This document shows, piece by piece, positions 56,622 to 64,000 of a stretch of 64,000 nucleotides of DNA. The position numbers and the translations under genes are program-made. Below the pieces are notes generated by a model. That model was not told where the DNA came from and did no database searches. It saw nothing but the letters and a program-made list of their open reading frames with translations. This stretch comes from an uncultured Woeseia sp. (GTDB lineage: Bacteria; Pseudomonadota; Gammaproteobacteria; Steroidobacterales; Woeseiaceae). The stretch is taken from positions 1,229-65,228 of the forward strand of contig CALALV010000001.1 in assembly GCA_937925605.1 (NCBI GenBank). Reading direction: 5' to 3'. Numbering within the stretch: the stretch's first letter is position 1; each line of letters begins with the position of its first letter.

Positions 56622-57044
56622 ATGATGAAGACGAGCGGCGCAGCGGCGATGCAGGAGTATCGCCAGGTGAACCTCCAGCACGCGGTCGAGGCCGCGAGCC
56701 CGCACCGGCTGGTGCAGCTCATGATGGAACGCGTGCTCGCGAAAATCGCGATCGCCCGTGGCCACATGGAGCGTGGCGCCGTGGCGGAGAAGGGCCGTCA
56801 CATCGGCGACGCGATCAGTATCGTCAACGGCCTGCAGGTGAGCCTGAATCACAAGGCCGACTCGGCCCTGTCCGGCAACTTCGACGCGCTCTACGACTAC
56901 ATGACGCGACGCCTGCTCGAGGCCAACCTGAAGAACGACGAGGCGATCCTCACCGAGGTCGCGGGCCTGATGCGCCAGGTCAAGGAAGCCTGGGATGCGA
57001 TCGGCGACGAGGTCGCCGCCGAAGCCGCCGCGGCCTCGGCCTGA
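56622..57044 (+). CDS. fliS: Flagellin-specific chaperone FliS
   Basis: YRQVNLQHAVEAASPHRLVQLMMERVL...IVNGLQVSLN...LYDYMTRRLLEAN. Confidence 0.9.
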   Translation: MMKTSGAAAMQEYRQVNLQHAVEAASPHRLVQLMMERVLAKIAIARGHMERGAVAEKGRHIGDAISIVNGLQVSLNHKADSALSGNFDALYDYMTRRLLEANLKNDEAILTEVAGLMRQVKEAWDAIGDEVAAEAAAASA

Positions 57045-57060
57045 CGCGGCTGCCGGGACG

Positions 57061-57360
57061 ATGGGCGAATCCGCCGCGACCGAGCGCGTGTCGCTCGACT
57101 ACCTCGAGACGCTGCACCGGCGAATCGAGGAGTGCGCGGCGGGCAGCCGCTGGGCGGAGGTCGAAGCGCTGATGGCGGAGCGTAACGAGCTGCTCCAGGA
57201 CTTCCACGGGGACCGGCGTGCCGAGGCGCTCGCCGCTGCGCAGCGCTCGACCGACCGGATCCTGAAGCTCGCGGTGGCGGCCCGGCTCGAGCTGGTCGGG
57301 GAACTCGCCCGGCTGCAGCGCGGGCGCAAGGCCACCGACGCGTACCGCGCGCACCGCTGA
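57061..57360 (+). CDS. Small helical protein in the fliT position (FliT-like, unverified)
   Basis: 99-aa helical protein directly after fliS and before fleQ, with high GC3. No family motif that I can verify from memory. Confidence 0.45.
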   Translation: MGESAATERVSLDYLETLHRRIEECAAGSRWAEVEALMAERNELLQDFHGDRRAEALAAAQRSTDRILKLAVAARLELVGELARLQRGRKATDAYRAHR

Positions 57361-57508
57361 CGCAAGGTCACGGCCGTCCGACGGTGCCGGCCAGGCGTTC
57401 CTTACAAGGGCCAAAAAGAACAAAAAGTGGGCTCAATTCTGTAAAATGCCCCGATAGTTTTCGCAAATAACCAGATATTGTCGATTTTTTGACGCTCGCT
57501 GGTGAAAC

Positions 57509-57524
57509 TGTGAGACGTTTCACG
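57509..57524. promoter_or_regulatory. CRP/Vfr/Clp-like site TGTGA-gacgtt-TCACg in the fleQ upstream region
   Basis: 9/10 to TGTGA-N6-TCACA, embedded in the longer inverted repeat GTGAAAC-N8-GTTTCAC (57502-57523). Its centre lies about 85 nt upstream of the fleQ ATG, in a low-GC region. Confidence 0.45.
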
Positions 57525-57600
57525 ATGCCGTCGCGCGCGAAAGCCTAGTCTCCCTGCCACGTTCAACGGATGTTGACCTTCAGCAAGGAGAGTTGGAGCG

Positions 57601-58935
<1,335 letters not shown>

Positions 58936-59053
58936 AGCCGGTCCCGCGCGCGGCCGTCGGAAAGCCGCCGCGGCGCGCCGGGCTTCCGGCGGACGTCGGA
59001 AATCCGACGCCCGGCCGATTCCCCAAACAACTGATTTATATAGCAATGTTGCT

Positions 59054-59069
59054 TGGCACGCATCTTGCT
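59054..59069 (+). promoter_or_regulatory. Consensus sigma54-type promoter of fleSR
   Basis: TGGCACG-CATC-TTGCT is a perfect match to TGGCACG-N4-TTGCW. Confidence 0.6.
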
Positions 59070-59070
59070 G

Positions 59071-60273
59071 ATGTCTGCGCAGGAACCTCCGGGAGACGCT
59101 AACTTGACCGCCACGCCGAAAACCGCCGCCGAACTCGAGCTCGCCTTCGACGCGTTCAACGCGCACTCGGCCGCGCTCGAGGCGTCCTGGCGGGACCTCG
59201 AGGCGCAGGTCGGCCGGCTGACCGCGGAGCTCGAAGCCACGCAGTCGGCGCGTCACCGCGAGCTGCTCGAAAAGGAGCGGCTCGGCGCGCGACTCGCGCG
59301 CACGCTCGAGGCGCTGCCGGGCGCGGTCGTCATGCTCGACGCCGACGGCATCGTCCGCGAACGCAACGAGGAAGCTGCCCGGCTGCTTAACCAGCCGCTG
59401 AAGGGTCGGCCGTGGTCGGAGATCGCGCGCCGCGAGTTCACGTCCGCGGTCGACGCGGACGGCGACCTGGAACTGGCGGACGGCCGGCTGCTGACGCTGA
59501 AACGTCGCCGGCTGGGCGCCGGCGAAGGCGAGATCCTGCTGCTTACCGACGTCACTGAGAGCCGGCGGCTGCGCGAACTGCTGGCGCGCCACCAGCGCCT
59601 GTCCGCGATCGGCGAGATGACCGCGCGGCTCGCGCACCAGATCCGTACGCCGCTCGCCTCCGCGCTGCTGTACGCATCGCAGGTCTCGCCGGGCGAGGAC
59701 GGGCCGGATTCGCTCGGCGGCCGCATCGTCGGCCGCCTGCGGGAACTCGATCGGCTCGTGCGCGACATGCTGCAGTATGCCGGCGGCGCGCGCGCCGAGG
59801 GCGACCTCGTCGATCTCGAAGAACTCCTGGCCGATGTGGCCGAGACCTGCAGGGCACGCTGTGCCGGTGACCTGCAGGTCTCGGTCGACGTCGCCGAGGA
59901 AGGCCTGGCCGTCACCGGCAACCGCGACGCGCTGAAAGGTGCGCTCGCGAACCTGCTCGACAACGCCGTGCAGATCGCCGCCGCGCGCATCGAGCTGTCG
60001 GCATTCCGTGACGAGCGCGGGCTGTGCCTGACCGTGACCGACGACGGGCCCGGCGTGCCCGCCGGGCTGCGCGACCATATTTTCGAACCCTTCTACACGA
60101 CGCGGCCGCAGGGCACGGGCCTCGGTCTCGCGGTCGTGCGCAGCGTCGCCGAGGCGCACGGCGGCGAAGTGCTGCTGGACTCGGGGCCGCAGGGCACGAC
60201 CTTCGCGCTGTGCCTGCCGGCCGCGACGGCGGCCTGGCTCGCCGTGCCGCAGCGGGAGGCCTGTCATGCCTGA
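59071..60273 (+). CDS. fleS: Flagellar two-component sensor kinase FleS (PAS + HisKA + HATPase)
   Basis: LELAFDAFNAHS..., PAS-like AVVMLDADGIVRERNEEA, H-box MTARLAHQIRTPLAS, and N/G boxes (LLDNAV, DDGPGV, GTGLGLAVV). If the sigma54 promoter at 59054-59069 is used, the true start is more likely the TTG at 59104 (GGGAG 8 nt upstream). Confidence 0.85.
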   Translation: MSAQEPPGDANLTATPKTAAELELAFDAFNAHSAALEASWRDLEAQVGRLTAELEATQSARHRELLEKERLGARLARTLEALPGAVVMLDADGIVRERNEEAARLLNQPLKGRPWSEIARREFTSAVDADGDLELADGRLLTLKRRRLGAGEGEILLLTDVTESRRLRELLARHQRLSAIGEMTARLAHQIRTPLASALLYASQVSPGEDGPDSLGGRIVGRLRELDRLVRDMLQYAGGARAEGDLVDLEELLADVAETCRARCAGDLQVSVDVAEEGLAVTGNRDALKGALANLLDNAVQIAAARIELSAFRDERGLCLTVTDDGPGVPAGLRDHIFEPFYTTRPQGTGLGLAVVRSVAEAHGGEVLLDSGPQGTTFALCLPAATAAWLAVPQREACHA

Positions 60274-61591
60274 GGCAGCGGTACTGATCGTCGAGGACGA
60301 CGCGAGCCTGCGCGCGGCGCTGTCCGAGACGCTCGCGGGCGGCAGCGACTATCCTGTACTGGCTGCGGGCAGCGGTCCCGAGGCGCTGTCGATACTCGCG
60401 CGCGAGCGCGTCGGCCTCGTCGTCAGCGACATCCAGATGCAGCCGATGAGCGGGCACGAGTTGCTCGGCGAGATCCGCCGCCAGCACCCGGCGATGCCGG
60501 CGGTGCTGATGACCGCCTACGGAACAATCGAGAACGCGGTCGACGTCATGCGCGACGGCGCGTCCGATTACCTGGTCAAGCCGTTCGAGGCCAGCGACCT
60601 GATCGCGGTGGTCGACCGCTACATGCAGGCGGACGAGGCCGGGCGCCAGCCGGTTGCCGGCGATCCGAAGACGCTCGAGCTGTTGCGCATCGCCGAGCGC
60701 GTCGCGAAGAGCGATGCCACGGTCACGCTGTCCGGCGAGTCCGGCTGCGGCAAGGAGGTCTTCGCGCGCTTCATCCACGACAACTCGCTGCGCCGAGAGC
60801 AGCCGTTCGTCGCGATCAACTGCGCCGCGATCCCCGAGCACATGCTGGAAGCCGTCCTGTTCGGCTACGAGAAGGGCGCCTTCACCGGCGCTGCGGCCGC
60901 CCACGCCGGCAAGTTCGAGCAGGCCAACGGCGGCACGCTGCTGCTCGACGAAATCTCCGAGATGGAACTGGCGCTGCAGGCCAAGCTGCTGCGCGTCATC
61001 CAGGAGCGCGAGGTCGAGCGCCTCGGCGGCAGCGCGCCGCTACCGCTCGATGTCCGCGTGCTCGCGACGACCAACCGCAACCTGCGCGAGTGCGTGCAGG
61101 ACGGCCGGTTCCGCGAAGACCTGTATTACCGGCTGAACGTTTTCCCGCTGCGCATCCCGCCGCTGCGCGAACGGCGCGGTGACATCCTGCCGCTCGCGGA
61201 GCTGGCGATCGCGCGTCATCACGGCGGCAGCGGTCCGCGACCCCGGCTCGACGACGGGGCGCGCGAGCGGCTCGAGGCCTGGCCCTGGCCCGGTAACGTC
61301 CGCGAGCTCGAGAACACGATCCAGCGCAGCCTGATCATGGCCGGCGGCGCGACGCTGGTCGCGGCCGACCTCGTCTTCGAGGAGGAAGCGCCGGCGGCGG
61401 AGGCGGCGGCCCCGGCCGCGCTGTCCGATGACCTGCGCCTGCACGAATACGAACGCATCGCTGCTGCGCTGGCCGAGCACGGCGGCAAGCGCAGCGCTGC
61501 CGCGGACGCGCTCGGCATCAGCCCGCGCACGCTGCGTTACAAGCTGGCCCGGATGCGCGCCGACGGCGTCGCGACCGGACTCGACGCATGA
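60266..61591 (+). CDS. fleR: Sigma54-dependent response regulator FleR (FlrC-type)
   Basis: Receiver ([21 protein letters not shown]); AAA+ module ([27 protein letters not shown]); HTH C-terminus. Confidence 0.9.
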   Translation: MPEAAVLIVEDDASLRAALSETLAGGSDYPVLAAGSGPEALSILARERVGLVVSDIQMQPMSGHELLGEIRRQHPAMPAVLMTAYGTIENAVDVMRDGASDYLVKPFEASDLIAVVDRYMQADEAGRQPVAGDPKTLELLRIAERVAKSDATVTLSGESGCGKEVFARFIHDNSLRREQPFVAINCAAIPEHMLEAVLFGYEKGAFTGAAAAHAGKFEQANGGTLLLDEISEMELALQAKLLRVIQEREVERLGGSAPLPLDVRVLATTNRNLRECVQDGRFREDLYYRLNVFPLRIPPLRERRGDILPLAELAIARHHGGSGPRPRLDDGARERLEAWPWPGNVRELENTIQRSLIMAGGATLVAADLVFEEEAPAAEAAAPAALSDDLRLHEYERIAAALAEHGGKRSAAADALGISPRTLRYKLARMRADGVATGLDA

Positions 61592-61615
61592 CGCTTGACG
61601 GATGAGGAAGAACCG

Positions 61616-61930
61616 ATGAGCGAAATAAGCCCGCAACAACTCCTGAGCCAGATCCGCTCGATGCAGAGCGAGCTGCACGGCACGCAGGCCCCGCGGCCGG
61701 CCGACGGCTCGGGTTTCGGCGAACTCTTCAGCAAGGCGCTGAACCAGGTCAACGACACCCAGCAGGCGTCGTCCGCGCTGAAAGCGGCCTTCGTGACCGG
61801 CAGCTCGGAGGCCAGCCTGGCCGAGGTGATGATCGCCTCGCAGAAGGCCGACCTGAGCTTCCGCGCGATGACCGAGGTACGCAACAAGCTGGTGAACGCC
61901 TACCAGGAAATCATGAACATGCCGGTCTGA
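61616..61930 (+). CDS. fliE: Flagellar hook-basal body complex protein FliE
   Basis: ATG at 61616 after GAGGAAG. FGELFSKALNQVNDTQQ...VMIASQKADLSFRAMTEVRNKLVNAYQEIMNMPV. Confidence 0.9.
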   Translation: MSEISPQQLLSQIRSMQSELHGTQAPRPADGSGFGELFSKALNQVNDTQQASSALKAAFVTGSSEASLAEVMIASQKADLSFRAMTEVRNKLVNAYQEIMNMPV

Positions 61931-61954
61931 GCGGCACGGGAAAACTGACGAATC

Positions 61955-63580
61955 ATGGAAAATTCCGCTCTCATCGAATCACCGGGCGTACCGGCCAGCC
62001 AGCTGAACTTGGGCGGCGTCATGCGCATCCCGGCGGTCCGCCAGGTGACGACGCTGATCGGCGTGGCCGCGGCCGTCGCCGCCGGTTTCGCCATCTTCCT
62101 GTGGTCGCAGACGCCGAGTTACTCGCAGCTGTACGCGAACCTCGAGCCCGCGGACGCGGCGCAGGTCGTCGACGCGCTGAAGGGCGCCGAGATCGACTAC
62201 CGGCTGACCGACTCCGGCAGCATTCTCGTCCCGCAGTCCCGCCTGCACGACGCGCGCATGCAGATGGCGGGGCAGGGCGTCGCGCCGGCCGGCGACGGCA
62301 CGATGGACCTGATGCAGGAACAGTCCAGCTTCGGCGTCAGCCAGTTCATGGAGAACGCCCGCTACCAGCACGCGCTGGAGGCGGAACTGGCGCGCACGAT
62401 CACGAGCCTCGGCGCCGTGCGCGAAGCGCGCGTGCACCTCGCGTTGCCGAAGGAGTCGTCCTTCCTGCGTGACGATCGCAGCGCCAGCGCCTCGGTGCTG
62501 CTGAAGCTCGGGCGCGGCAGCCTCGAGGCCGACCAGGCCGCGGCCATCGTCAACCTCGTCGCATCCAGCGTGCCGAACCTCGCGCCGGGCAACGTCACGC
62601 TGATCGACCAGTTCGGCCGGCTGCTGAGCTCGGCCGGCGACGACTGGGCGGACAGCCAGGCCGTCAACCAGTTCAAGCACGCGCAGCGGCTGGAAGAAGT
62701 CTACCGGCGCCGCATCGAGGAACTGCTGACTCCGCTGGTCGGCGCCGGGCGCGTGCGCGCGCAGGTCGCGGCGAGTCTCGATTTCACCGTGACCGAGGAA
62801 ACCCGCGAGGTCTACGACCCGGTCAACACGGCGTTGCGCAGCGAGAGCCTGAACGAGACCGAGCGCCGCAACAGCGACGGCGTCGCCGAGGGCGTCCCGG
62901 GCGCGCTCAGCAACCAGCCGCCCGAGACGGTTGCCGCCGCGCCAGCGGGCGCGGAGGGCGCGACGACCGAGGTAGTGAACTCGACGCGGTCGACGACCCG
63001 CAACTACGAGGTCGATCGCACGATCAGCCACGTGCGGCCGCAAACCGGCACCATCCGCCGCCTGTCCGTCGCCGTGCTGGTCGACGACACCCGGCCCGCG
63101 GCAGCCGACGCCGAGGCCGACGGCGCGGCGCCGGGCGGCTTCAGCGACGACGACATCGCCCGTTTCACCACGCTGGTCAAGGAGGCCGTGGGCTTCGACG
63201 AGGCGCGCGGCGACACGGTCGTCGTCGTCAACGCCGCGTTCCGCGCCGCGCAGGTCATGGAGGAAATCGACGAGCCACCGCTGTGGGAACAGCCGGGCAT
63301 GCGCGACACGCTGAAGCAGGTGCTCGGCGTCGTGCTGGTGCTCGCGCTGGCCTTCGGCCTGGTACGGCCGATGCTGAAGAACCTGTTCGCGCCCGGCGGC
63401 GGGCCGGCCGCCGAGTACATTCCCGGCGGCGCGGCGGGCGCCCTGACGGGCCCGGGCGGCAGCGCCGCGATCCCGGCGCCGAGCTTCGACGAGAAGGTCA
63501 GCGCGGCGCGCAACATCACCGGCGCCGACCCGGCGCGGGTCGCGCAGCTGGTCAAGAAGTGGGTGAACACCGATGACTGA
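61955..63580 (+). CDS. fliF: Flagellar MS-ring protein FliF
   Basis: TM, then PSYSQLYANLEPADAAQVVDALKGAEIDYRL..., ARVHLALPKESSF, second TM, and ARVAQLVKKWVNTDD. Confidence 0.95.
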   Translation: MENSALIESPGVPASQLNLGGVMRIPAVRQVTTLIGVAAAVAAGFAIFLWSQTPSYSQLYANLEPADAAQVVDALKGAEIDYRLTDSGSILVPQSRLHDARMQMAGQGVAPAGDGTMDLMQEQSSFGVSQFMENARYQHALEAELARTITSLGAVREARVHLALPKESSFLRDDRSASASVLLKLGRGSLEADQAAAIVNLVASSVPNLAPGNVTLIDQFGRLLSSAGDDWADSQAVNQFKHAQRLEEVYRRRIEELLTPLVGAGRVRAQVAASLDFTVTEETREVYDPVNTALRSESLNETERRNSDGVAEGVPGALSNQPPETVAAAPAGAEGATTEVVNSTRSTTRNYEVDRTISHVRPQTGTIRRLSVAVLVDDTRPAAADAEADGAAPGGFSDDDIARFTTLVKEAVGFDEARGDTVVVVNAAFRAAQVMEEIDEPPLWEQPGMRDTLKQVLGVVLVLALAFGLVRPMLKNLFAPGGGPAAEYIPGGAAGALTGPGGSAAIPAPSFDEKVSAARNITGADPARVAQLVKKWVNTDD

Positions 63581-64000
63581 CGCGGCGGAACTGTCCGGCA
63601 CGCAGAGCGCGGCGCTCCTGCTGATGACGCTCGGCGAGGCCGAGGCGGCCGAGGTTCTCAAATACATGGGGCCGCGCGAGGTGCAGAGCATCGGCACGGC
63701 GATGGCGACGCTCGGCAACATCTCGCGCGAGCAGGCGGGCGGCGTGCTCGACCGCTTCATCACCGAGTCCGAGGACGAAACGGCGTTCGGCGTCGGCACC
63801 GATGCCTACGTGCGCAAGGTGCTGACCGGGGCCTTCGGCGCGAGCAAGGCGAACGCGCTGCTAGACCGGATCCTGATTGGCCAGGACGCGCGCGGTCTCG
63901 ACGAACTGAAGTGGATGAGCTCGCAGGAAGTCGCCGACATCGTGGACGGCGAGCACCCGCAGATCATCGCGATCATTCTCGCCTACCTCGAGGCGGACCA
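63573..64000 (+). CDS. fliG: Flagellar motor switch protein FliG (3' end outside the window)
   Basis: ATG at 63573 overlaps the fliF stop. LSGTQSAALLLMTLGEAEAAEVLKYMGPREVQSIG...EHPQIIAIILAYLE. Confidence 0.9.
   Translation, partial: MTDAAELSGTQSAALLLMTLGEAEAAEVLKYMGPREVQSIGTAMATLGNISREQAGGVLDRFITESEDETAFGVGTDAYVRKVLTGAFGASKANALLDRILIGQDARGLDELKWMSSQEVADIVDGEHPQIIAIILAYLEAD

Noticed and set aside
61979-63799. 606-aa ORF on the - strand
   Set aside because: It is antisense to fliF/fliG; same reasoning as above.

Overview
High-GC (about 67%) proteobacterial chromosome segment, probably from a Pseudomonas/Xanthomonas-like gammaproteobacterium, judging by the FleQ/FleS/FleR flagellar regulators. 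All family assignments come from reading the translations and recalling family motifs; no searches were run. Gene order: a 5'-truncated tricorn-type protease; a roughly 420 bp gap holding only coding remnants (one resembles the tail of a PufC-type cytochrome c); an FrhB/HCAR/BciB-family gene; a 1316-aa secreted M4 metalloprotease; a porin / small periplasmic binding protein / MCP unit; and an 11-gene chemosensory cluster (cheY-cheA-cheW-MCP-STAS-orf-cheR-cheD-cheB-cheY-orf). Next is a probable periplasmic oxidative (3-keto) glycoside utilisation cluster (GMC flavoprotein, Tat small subunit, two DUF1080 proteins, a Tat TIM-barrel enzyme, two transporters), followed by housekeeping genes (ggt, pgm, dusA, a methyltransferase, a cyclase-FHA protein, pckG), a phasin gene and an RsmN-like CsrA paralog. 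The window ends with a large flagellar regulon: flgNMA, flgB-L, fliC, flaG, fliD, fliS, a fliT-like gene, fleQ, fleSR, fliE, fliF, fliG. Five sigma28-type promoters with identical 8+11+8 geometry, three sigma54-type promoters and three CRP/Vfr/Clp-like palindromes are readable in the intergenic DNA. I saw no tRNA, rRNA, CRISPR, transposase or integrase, and no recognisable defence system. The best novelty candidates are the uncharacterised accessory genes in the chemosensory cluster (a Lys-rich STAS protein, a protein with a CheZ-like DxxxQ motif, a CheX-like protein), the RsmN-type CsrA gene attached to flgAMN, a pckG with a destroyed P-loop, and a possible photosynthesis-cluster relic.
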